The notes beneath the pieces are model-generated. The model searched no databases. It saw nothing but the letters and a program-made list of their open reading frames with translations, and was not told the DNA's origin. The position numbers were made by a program, and so were the translations under genes. 8,443 bases of DNA from Bugula neritina (Eukaryota; Animalia; Bryozoa), in the NCBI GenBank assembly GCA_964035545.1, contig CAXIUT010000139.1:1-8443 (forward strand), written 5' to 3'. Below are positions 1 to 8,443 of the stretch, piece by piece. Numbering within the stretch: position 1 is the stretch's first letter; every line of letters begins with the position of its first letter.

Positions 1-70
1 CCCAACCCCAACCCCAACCCCAACCCCAACCCCAACCCCAACCCCAACCCCAACCCCAACCCCAACCCCA
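1..70 (+). repeat. Left telomere, (CCCCAA)n
   Basis: Perfect tandem C4A2 repeats from base 1; same unit as the Tetrahymena telomere. Confidence 0.98.
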
Positions 71-351
71 TAGTAAAATAATAATGAAATGTAACTTCTT
101 TTTCTATTAACAATTAATAATCATCTGATATTTAATTTCAATCATAATTATTGAATTTTGAATATTTTATTTTAGCTATGATATATTTAAATTATGCAAA
201 TAAATAATAATTGTTTTGTTGCGAATATTTAGAATGACAACTTTTTATTTTTTGACAGATTTCATTTTATATTTATATTCCATAAATATCATACAAATAA
301 GAATAAAATCATTAGATATAATAGAACAAATGTGTAATATTAATAAATTTT

Positions 352-1218
352 ATGATAATAAATACTAATGATCATGAAAAATAGCCAGAAACCATCTAAT
401 ACATCCGAGAATTAGTGAATAATCTCTATAAACCAGAAGAACGAATCCTAGATTAAGATTCACTTGTAGTCAGTTCCTCTTAATCATCAAGTTTACAAAC
501 AGAACCTATAATATCTAAACCTAAAAAAAAAAGAACCATCAAAACACCTAAAAAATAATAAAGATATGTATCTCCTTATAGGCAATCAAGTTTATCTATG
601 AGAAAAATAATGAATTCAAAAGGAAATAACAAAACTCAATTAATTCCTTTTACTAATCCAAATATACATGATTCGGTTAATAAGTCATCATTTTAGAGAA
701 GGTCTCTTAAGACAGTATCAGCTAGTAAATATAAACAGATTCCTTCTCTTTTAGAAAAATTATAGAAAAACTAACTTGATAAAATGAAAGATTAAGCTAA
801 ATTTATCTTTGATAAAAAAATCAAAGAGAAAAGAAATATGAATAATTAGTAAAAGAATAATCGATGGGCTGATTTTTTACTAAGATAGAGAAGATGGGAA
901 TAATAAAAATAGATAAAGAAAATGGATGCTCTTCAGAAATAAATAGCTAAAGATTATGCTTTTTAAACAAATTTTACAGCAAAATAATATCCTAAAATGA
1001 ATGTCTAGGAACATATTAAGATAGTAAAAAGAAAGAAAAATAGATTAGAATAAGAACTTCAAAAATATTCATTGAATTATTATTCTCATCAAAATGTATC
1101 ACCTCAAAGAAAACGATCTAAATCTCCCTTAGGCGATAAAATAAAAGTTGAAGCATAATAAAAGTTGGTAAGAGTTTCAAATGAAAAAGAAGCCAAGTTT
1201 TTAGTGGCTAATGATTGA
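352..1218 (+). CDS. Hypothetical protein, 288 aa, basic/Ser-rich with a probable coiled-coil segment (TAR=Glu)
   Basis: ATG 352 to TGA 1216-1218 with no internal TGA over 288 codons: MIINTNDHEKEPETIEYIRELVNNLYKP...RWADFLLRERRWEEEKEIKKMDALQKEIAKDY...KFLVAND*. No family recognised. Confidence 0.85.
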
Positions 1219-1267
1219 TAAATACCTTTATTTATATTATGATATAAATATAACTTTGAAAAATATA

Positions 1268-2473
1268 TCATTATACATGACTAATGATCGATGACACAAG
1301 ATTTCCTTCAAATGAGTAATGATTTTTTTTATTTTTATGATTATTTTTCAATGAATTTGATTCTATCGTTTGAGCTTGAGTTAATAATAATCTTAGAAGT
1401 TAATCTTTTTTAATTTATGATTTATTTTTCTACAATTGTTAATTTAGTCTTGAATGAATAAGTTCTTCAAAGGAATGTCTGTTGGTAGAATCGATATTTT
1501 CTTTATTAAAACTTAAAATATCACTAAAACAACTTTTATCTTTCAACTATGTATAAGGAGAAATAGATGAACATTTTATTATTCCAGCATTTTGTTTAAG
1601 ATATTTCATAAAACTTTAACTACCATCCACATATGATTAGTCAAATGAATGCTAATTTCCTTATTTTTAGGATATAGAACTAAAATGATTATTTTTGTAG
1701 TTCAAAGATTCTTTGTAAATCATATCGAGATCAAATTTTTTAACAAAAAGATCTTATTTTATTATTTTAATTGAATTTGGTAAGTCTTAATATGTTTTTT
1801 AGAAAAGAGTGCTCCAGTGAATCATCGATTTGGTTTGTTAGATAAAAGCTGTAAGAAAATGATTGAAAAATCTATTTTAGTCTTGATATTTTTTAATACT
1901 ATCAAAATATTTCATGATATCGTCTTCACATAGATCTAATCTGTGTTTTAACTCTTCAATTATATTCTAGCAATCTACTATTTTATGATTTCTTCTTTAT
2001 ATTTATGCTAAAAGTTAATAGTATTTGTTATTTAGTATGATAAATTAATTTTACTTTGATAGATATTTTTTTTATACCTGAAGATAGTTTTATTTATTCA
2101 AAGTAATTTCTTCTTAAAAACTCATTTTAATGAATTTTATCTACTTATTATGCTACATCTTTAACTATTAACATTTACAACATAGACTCACTATACTTTT
2201 CTCATTAGTCTGGAAAGGCTAAATTGTCTACTACTGATGTATGATTGGCCTTGATAGTGAAGCTTTCATCATACGCTGGTCAGTGCCAATTTTATTTTTA
2301 TTATTAAGATCTATTGACTTAACTAATGCCCTTGTTTAGGATTTTAGTCCTTTTGAATATTTGATAGGGTTGATATTTATACTGTGTTGAATTTATTTTC
2401 GAGGTTTGTGCTTTGTTGTTGATCTACGACTTTTGTATTAGTTCGATATCTATCGATAGAATTCTGATTTCAT
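1268..2473 (-). CDS. Hypothetical protein, 401 aa, with a probable central coiled coil (TAR=Glu)
   Basis: ATG at 2473 to TGA at 1270-1268 with no internal TGA over 401 codons: MKSEFYREISNEYKSRRSTTKHKP...CCKCEELKMEHNKEIKFIKMSFEEEI...ENIIEELKHRLDLCEDDIMKYF...SIISHVE*. Convergent with the previous gene, 49 bp apart. Confidence 0.88.
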
Positions 2474-2554
2474 ATGAACGTTAATTGTTATTAAAAATAA
2501 TAGAAGTAAGATTATTGAAAAATAATCAATCAATCACCTTTTTGAATCTTTCTA

Positions 2555-3221
2555 ATGCAATTATTTCTTAATAGACATTTTTCTAATTATTTTTTTTTCA
2601 ATAAAGATGATTATCTTCAAAGAAGTCTTGAGTAGCTGAACTCTATTCAATATTAATAACGATAAAAACAATAATTTGATTCTAATAGTAATATTTTTTA
2701 GTTTGATATTGAGTCTTTGATAACTTAAGGTTGAAAGTTGAATAATATCATACTTACTGAACCTACTTGAAAGTAAATACAGAGTAATAGTTCAATATTT
2801 TTCATCAATATCAGACAGAAATTACACTGTTTATTAATTTAAAACTCCTATAACAAATCAGAATAATATCTTTGAAGAAAATCATGATTAAGATAATTAT
2901 TAAAGTGAACAGTAGTAGTTCAAATTACTTCCCTTATCAACTTTTACATTTAAGCAACTACTTCTTTTCTATTTTTGGTAGTTTTTTCAGCCATTCTTTC
3001 AGGTAATCATTTAATTTCCTCAATTATAAAACGTTTTACAAGTAAAAAACAATAGTATAAAGGGTCTAATTAACTATATAATTAAAAATCTCATGACAGA
3101 TAATGAAAAAAGATGGTAGTAATAGGTTTAGTCTGCAACTTTGCTTTGTTTGGGGATTTTTTCTTTTAAACGGAAGAGCGTCAGTAGTTTATACCTTATG
3201 TTCGAATAGTTTTATAGTTGA
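2555..3221 (+). CDS. Probable hypothetical gene (or pseudogene), exon structure unresolved
   Basis: ATG 2555 opens a 59-codon acidic frame (...SLEELNSIQYEEREKQEFD...ESLITEG, TGA 2732). A different frame is open from 2742 to TGA 3219-3221 (...FEENHDEDNYESEQEEFK...). No 20-21 nt GTA..AG intron joins the two. Confidence 0.4.
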
Positions 3222-3243
3222 TATAATTAAATTATCTGAGTGA

Positions 3244-3945
3244 ATGAATTCGTCTAATGCTGAATATTCTTAATCTGGAAATATGAACAGTCCTAGAGAC
3301 TAATAAATGACCAAAAAAGTGAGCGGTTACGTTCAAGGAGAGAGAATAGGAAAATGGAGCGATGAAGAACATTTAAAATACATTGTATTTATTGACTACA
3401 ACAAATAAAAGATGAGATCTAAGTAGAAGCGAAGGTAGTTTGATAATTTATGTAGATCTAACAAGTTTTACGAACAAATGTCCAATTTTATTTCGACTCG
3501 AAACGCTTTACAATGTAGGAGCCATCACCAGAAGTTGGAAGAAAAATATACTCATACAAATAAGATTATCTCCTTATTCAAGGGTCACTTTCACAAATCA
3601 CTCTTCAAGAATTACACAGAATAGCTTGAAAAAATGATACTGGAACAAAACATAGATAACGTTCCTCAACAATAACCCAACGGAAGTCAAATGGTCAGTG
3701 TAGAAGTTCAAACTGATATTAAAGACCTCAGGTGTGAATTTGTCTTCGCTAACCCCAATTTAATAGTTATTCAAAACAAAAACAATCCCATGGAACATCA
3801 ACCTTTTAGTTTTCCACCTCCTCCAATCTACTACCCTGAACCCATACTCAACAGAAATATAGCACCTACTTCTATGGGACCTCCAGTTCCATACCCAACA
3901 GGGTCGTTCGGATGGTGGGGTGGATACTCAAATCGCAGCTTTTGA
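3244..3945 (+). CDS. Single-repeat Myb/SANT-domain protein (SHAQKY-like), 226 aa; join(3244..3434,3456..3945)
   Basis: GKWSDEEHLKYIVF...RRSNKFYEQMSNFISTRNALQCRSHHQKLEEKY matches the Myb helix-turn-helix pattern. Pro-rich C-terminus (track ORF 3691-3945). Ends TGA TGA. Confidence 0.9.
3435..3455 (+). other. Putative 21-nt spliceosomal intron
   Basis: GTAGTTTGATAATTTATGTAG. It is frame-neutral, so it is inferred from its ends, its size class and Myb helix spacing. Confidence 0.7.
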
Positions 3946-4117
3946 TGATTATAACTAAGCTTTATTATACTATTTTTTTGAATAATATAAAAGAATAAAG
4001 AATTCAAGTTAAATAATGAAGATAGAACTCAGATATTCTGGTTTTAAATTGATTAAGAGCATTATGATCTTATTATTATTTATAATTTAATTTAGGACCT
4101 TCGAAATTATAATTTCT

Positions 4118-5898
4118 ATGTCGTAGTAGTGCATAAAGGTCTTCGTTCGAGTCCGTCCTCTATCCCATAGATAGGTTCAAAAATGTACTTTCTTAGTAAT
4201 TAAGCAAATTCTGAATGTCTTACTTCAGATTAGACAGAAAAACAACTGATCTTAAGAGATCAACATCGACATCGTTGCAACTAAAAAGTATTTACCTTCG
4301 ATGACATCTTCATCAGTAATAGCTAACAATCTACTATCTTCGATAGGACATGCAAATCACTCACAAAATAAGTTCTTCAAGGATATAATGGAACTGTCTT
4401 TGCTTACGGTCAAACTGGTTCAGGCAAAAGTTACACAATGATGGGAGATTATCAAGGATAATAGTAAAGCGGTCTTATTCCTCGTTGTTTTGATTCGATT
4501 CTTTAAGCAGCTAAAACAGATAATTCCAAAGACTATCTTATCATGTGTTCTTATATTGAACTATACAATGAATAGCTCAGGGATTTACTTCAAACATGTG
4601 AAAAAGGAAAATTATAGCTAAGATAGTCTCCAGAAAAGGGTGTATTTATAAAGGATTTGAAAAAATGGCCAGTAACATCGCAAAAATAAATGATGAAGTA
4701 TATGAAAATAGGTAATCAGAATAGAGCTACTGCCTAAACTCAAATGAATAATTAATCGTCACGCTCTCATTCTATTTTTACTATCTATGTCTAATCTTTA
4801 TAGAAAAGATAAGGAAAAATGTAAAAGTTAATTGGTTCTAAATTTAACCTCATAGATTTAGCTGGTTCAGAAAGACAAAGTAAAACATCTGCAGTCGGAT
4901 AACGATTCATAGAAGCAACTAAAATCAACTTATCTCTAACTGCTCTTGGCAAAGTTATCTCATCTTTGGTGTAAGGTAAAGGAGGACATATTCCATATAG
5001 AGATTCTAAATTGACAAGATTATTACAAGATTCTTTGGGTGGTAATTCCAAAACAGTTATGATTGCGAATGTATCTCCTTGGAGCTACAACTATGAAGAA
5101 ACTTTATCTACTTTGAAATATGCTTCAAGAGCTAAATACATCACAAACATTCCTCATATCAATTTGGATCCAAAAGATGCTTTATTGAAAGAATACTAGT
5201 TATAAATAGTGAAGTTAAGAGGATTATTGACTGATATTCAGAAAGATGATCAACCTGTTCTTGATTAATTGATAGAATAAAACAGAAGAATTACAAAATA
5301 GGCATAATCTGATAAAAGAAATTTGATAAATAAGATAAAAAAACTATAGTAGCAATTTATTTCAGCTCCTTATTAGTTATCAAAGTAATACAAGAAATAA
5401 AGAAACATTAGAGAACAAAAATTAAGTTTTATGTCTAAAAACTACTCTAATTTATAAGAATAAGTAAAAGATATGAGAGAACAGTTGATCGAATTGAGAA
5501 GAAAGTATAAAAACGCATCGAAATAGATCTTTCAAATGTAAAACTAACATGAAAAAGAAAGATAAATAGTTCAATAGTAATTCGATTAAATAAAAAAAGA
5601 AAACATAATGTTAAAAAGTGTTCTAAATGTATTATTTACATAAAAACAACTTAAAAATATCGTAACTCTTGGAAATTGGTAGAGCTCATCTCGTTTTAAA
5701 CTACCTAAGTTTTATTTTAAAGACAGACACACCTTAGCATTTCCTTCATAGTAGGATCAAAATGATGAACCATTCAAGAGCAAGGGTGATAGCCGTGAAT
5801 GTTCAATGGATAAGTATCAGAAGACGGCAACTTCTTTTGGAGCAAAGTTAAGTGCAAACAATATAAATCGAGGAGGAGTGGTATTTCGTCGTAAATGA
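4118..5898 (+). CDS. Kinesin motor protein, kinesin-2 (KIF3/KIF17/OSM-3) type, 586 aa; join(4118..4184,4205..5898)
   Basis: Motifs: [32 protein letters not shown] (P-loop), SSRSH (switch I), [11 protein letters not shown] (switch II), [45 protein letters not shown], the kinesin-2-type neck [12 protein letters not shown], then a coiled-coil stalk. TGA 5896-5898. Confidence 0.95.
4185..4204 (+). other. 20-nt intron
   Basis: GTACTTTCTTAGTAATTAAG; needed to join the RVRP exon to the motor frame. Confidence 0.85.
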
Positions 5899-5992
5899 TA
5901 ATTTTAAAATAAGTATGATATAAGTTGAATTATTATAAGATCAGAAATAGTGAATGTAACAAAACTTACCTCAAATAAAGGTGATAGTAGTA

Positions 5993-6037
5993 GGGGTTGG
6001 GGTTGGGGTTGGGGTTGGGGTTGGGGTTGGGGTTGGG
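5993..6037 (+). repeat. Internal telomeric tract (GGGGTT)7GGG, right telomere of the first molecule
   Basis: 45 bp of perfect G4T2 repeats 94 bp after the kinesin stop, in right-end orientation. Confidence 0.97.
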
Positions 6038-6671
6038 AACGATTAATTTAACTAATTCAGCTAAGCTACTCTAGGAGCAGCTTTCGTATCTAAAGTACAT
6101 ACCTATTCTGGTGATAAATCTATCAGATTTCAAGTATTAAATGATTAATAATAGATCTGGGATACTGCAGGTCAATAAAAATACAAATCAATTGCACCTA
6201 TATACTATCGAGGTATTTACTAATCAATTTAGATTCTCAAATAGCTTTATGTGTCTATGATATCACTAAGAAGTAATCATTTGCTGTATTGAAAAGTTGG
6301 GTCGATTAACTCAAATCAAAAGGACCATAAAATATATGTACTTTTATTATTAGTTAGTACTTGTCGTTGTTGGTAATAAAATAGATAAAGCTTAAGAAGA
6401 AATGATAGGGTATAACTAAGCTAAAGATTATGCTTAATCAGTCGGAGCCATGCTCAAGTTAACGAGTGCTAAAGATGGAAAAGGAATAAATGTAATCTTT
6501 TAATTATTTTAGTAACTTTTTACGGCAGTAGCATAAAAATTATAAGAAAGAAAGCAAGCCCAAATAGTAAATAGTGGAGGTCGTAAAGTACCTCTTGGCG
6601 GTTCAGGAAAGTCATAGAAGACAAAATGTTGCGGGGGATAATAAAAGAAATAAAAGAGATAAAAGAAATGA
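6038..6671 (+). CDS. Rab GTPase, Rab5/Rab22-like, 5'-truncated (183 aa present); join(<6038..6133,6155..6212,6233..6337,6358..6491,6513..6671)
   Basis: Motifs: ATLGAAF (switch I), [21 protein letters not shown] (G3/switch II), YDIT, WVDELKSKGPENI, VGNKID (G4), TSAK (G5), and a CC near the end. Start codon and G1 P-loop are absent; the frame begins immediately after the telomeric tract. Confidence 0.93.
6134..6154 (+). other. 21-nt intron
   Basis: GTATTAAATGATTAATAATAG; removal restores FQ|IWDTAGQ. Confidence 0.9.
6213..6232 (+). other. 20-nt intron
   Basis: GTATTTACTAATCAATTTAG; frame-restoring. Confidence 0.92.
6338..6357 (+). other. 20-nt intron
   Basis: GTACTTTTATTATTAGTTAG; frame-restoring. 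Confidence 0.92.
6492..6512 (+). other. 21-nt intron
   Basis: GTAATCTTTTAATTATTTTAG; removal restores the Rab GIN|ELF motif. Confidence 0.85.
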
Positions 6672-6770
6672 ATGTGTATGGTTATTTTTAATACATTTAA
6701 TAGCTAAATAAAGATCTTAGACTATGTTTCTTTTATTTAATACCAGATGATAATATAATTATATTAATAG

Positions 6771-8316
6771 ATGAGTGAATATTTTAGACGATACATAAAG
6801 CGAGAACACTACCCCAATGCCCCGTACTTTAATAATCACAAAGCACAAATATCAAATTCAAAACTTCCTTCAAAAATTGTGTATACGACTCCTTCATTTC
6901 CAGAGAATGGAAACAAACTTGGGACGATGACTGGAATGTCATCTGGTGCTAAAAGTAACAAGTCGACTGGGTTTTTTAAAGACACAGAATACTGCCACAT
7001 ATGAAAGTCAACCACTTCAGAGGATGGCACTAACTATGTAGAAAAGATATGTTAAATAAAAATCTAAAAAAGTATAAACGAGGACTAGACAAACAAAATA
7101 ACAAATAATAATCAGATTAGTATGACTTTTTGCCATCGACCTATCTCCTTCCCAGCGAATACGTCATCTTCTATTAATAATTCAAAAGAACTCAACACGA
7201 TTCCAAATCTCTATGGATTATGAAACCTGTACTCTAAGCCTTATCTAGACTTCAAAATGCCAAGGAAAAGGCATATTCATCTTCAACAAAATAAGCTAGG
7301 TTTCAAGATGGAAATCATTCAATCGAGACAACCCACCAGAACCATACGTAGCCCAACGATATCTCCTAAACCCTCTTTTATTTGGAGGAAGAAAATTCGA
7401 TATGAGAATCTACGCTTTATGCGTATCATATCAACCTTTAACAATCTATCTCTATCGAGCAGGATTCGCCAGATTTACCCATTAACGATACGACAACTCA
7501 GACTACTAAAATCTATGTAAATATCAATAAATAAAGATAAACATCTAACCAATGTGGCAATCAACATAAATTCTCCTAATTATGTGAAATGGATCGGTGG
7601 GAAATGGTTTCTCTAAGAGTTGAAGAAATTTATGTTGAGCAAGGTAGGTGTATAGAAGACAAATAGTGCATTTTATGATATTCAGAGATGCATAATAAAA
7701 TCAATGCTAGCTGTACAAAAACTAGTAACTAATAGTCCTGTTTCATTCTAATTATATGGTTTTGATTTCATATTCGATAATAATGGAAAAGCATGGCTCC
7801 TAGAAGTCAACGGAGGTCCATCGATGACATCCAACACTAAATAAGATTCATAACTCAAAACTGGATTAATCGATGATGTCATGACCATCATCAATATCTA
7901 AGGAATGTATTTGATTTGTTATTTAGTCTCAAAGGAGATGAAGAAGTGGTTGGAGGATTTGATCAGATTTATAAAGGGAAATAAATTGGTATAGGATCAT
8001 CGACAAGCTATACCACTATGCTTGGATGCAAAAATAATAGAATTGATAATTTGAAAAAGTTGGCAAGAGCCACTGCTTTCAGATTGGCAAAGTAATATCA
8101 AGAAAAGAACAGAGTGATCGATTCTAACAAAAAGATAGAAAATAGATTTACTATAAAAACAAATCCTAAAATAGAGAAGAAAGGACCTCAAAAAGCAATC
8201 ACTATCGAATCCAAGAAAAGTAATTATGACATAAAGTAGATGTTGGTTCAGTAAATGTAAAGAACAATGTGGTAAAAGTCAGTCAAAATACTAAGAGGAA
8301 ATAAGAGTAAGAATGA
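6771..8316 (+). CDS. TTLL9: Tubulin polyglutamylase, TTLL9-like, 481 aa; join(6771..6823,6844..7228,7249..7516,7537..7906,7927..8219,8240..8316)
   Basis: TTL-domain motifs: [92 protein letters not shown], and [21 protein letters not shown]...VGGFD (the last segment resembles TTLL9 from memory). Upstream in-frame ATGs at 6672, 6678 and 6747 make the start slightly uncertain. Confidence 0.9.
6824..6843 (+). other. 20-nt intron
   Basis: GTACTTTAATAATCACAAAG; joins the ATG exon to the conserved frame. Confidence 0.8.
7229..7248 (+). other. 20-nt intron
   Basis: GTACTCTAAGCCTTATCTAG; restores WIMKP|[10 protein letters not shown]. Confidence 0.92.
7517..7536 (+). other. 20-nt intron
   Basis: GTAAATATCAATAAATAAAG; restores the frame before HLTN. 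Confidence 0.92.
7907..7926 (+). other. 20-nt intron
   Basis: GTATTTGATTTGTTATTTAG; frame-restoring. Confidence 0.92.
8220..8239 (+). other. 20-nt intron
   Basis: GTAATTATGACATAAAGTAG. Without it the frame runs into the telomere with no TGA; with it the frame stops at 8314-8316. Confidence 0.85.
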
Positions 8317-8368
8317 TAGATATTTATTTTTCGAATAGGTTATTCATCATATTTTATCAACAAATAAT

Positions 8369-8443
8369 GGGGTTGGGGTTGGGGTTGGGGTTGGGGTTGG
8401 GGTTGGGGTTGGGGTTGGGGTTGGGGTTGGGGTTGGGTTGGGG
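8369..8443 (+). repeat. Right telomere, (GGGGTT)n
   Basis: G4T2 repeats to the end of the window, with one 3-G unit near the tip. Confidence 0.98.

Noticed and set aside
71-351. Chromosome-breakage motif or gene in the subtelomeric AT-rich leader
   Set aside because: No motif shared among the three telomere-adjacent sequences was visible by eye, and no convincing ORF or RNA gene.
2555-3247. Single long ORF with TGA=Trp (TGAs at 2732, 2768, 2873, 2885, 2906, 3104)
   Set aside because: It reads superficially protein-like, but this TGA density is about what an off-frame AT-rich sequence gives, and every conserved Trp in the window is TGG.
3440-3637. Track ORF, 65 aa (+)
   Set aside because: Out-of-frame shadow inside the Myb gene.
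4791-5051. Track ORF, 86 aa (-)
   Set aside because: Antisense to the conserved kinesin motor domain.
5011-5199. Track ORF, 62 aa, as a standalone or pseudogene kinesin fragment
   Set aside because: Internal part of the intact kinesin; the bounding TAA/TAG codons are Glu.
6669-6773. Rab-TTLL9 readthrough fusion (same frame, no TGA in the 99-bp spacer)
   Set aside because: With a single stop codon, a 33-codon open spacer is common by chance, and the spacer has intergenic composition.
6771-7030. Track ORFs 6771-7004 (+) and 6836-7030 (-)
   Set aside because: The first is TTLL9 exon 1 read through an unspliced intron; the second is antisense.
7257-8191. Track ORFs 7257-7520 (+) and 7997-8191 (-)
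   Set aside because: Wrong-frame and antisense shadows of TTLL9.
352-8316. Standard ciliate code (table 6, TAR=Gln)
   Set aside because: It would give WDTAGQQ and FQLYGFD at conserved Glu positions.
4118-8316. Ciliary gene cluster (kinesin-2 plus TTLL9)
   Set aside because: The genes are separated by a telomere and a truncated gene, so their adjacency is probably not native.
8430-8443. Variant GGGTT telomere unit
   Set aside because: Single homopolymer-length deviation at the sequence tip; indistinguishable from sequencing error.

Overview
AT-rich ciliate macronuclear DNA. It has C4A2/G4T2 telomeric tracts at 1-70 and 8369-8443, plus an internal tract at 5993-6037. The supplied ORF track is misleading because TAA and TAG are sense codons here. 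Conserved kinesin, Rab and TTLL motifs show that both read as Glu (peritrich-type code, translation table 30) and that TGA is the stop. Translated by hand with that code and eleven 20-21 nt GTA...AG introns, 1-6037 is a complete telomere-to-telomere ~6 kb multigene chromosome. It carries two hypothetical genes, one unresolved probable gene, a Myb-domain gene and a kinesin-2-type motor. Joined directly after its right telomere is a 5'-truncated second molecule (6038-8443) with a partial Rab5/Rab22-type GTPase and a complete TTLL9-like tubulin polyglutamylase. All gene models and family calls are by eye; no searches were run.
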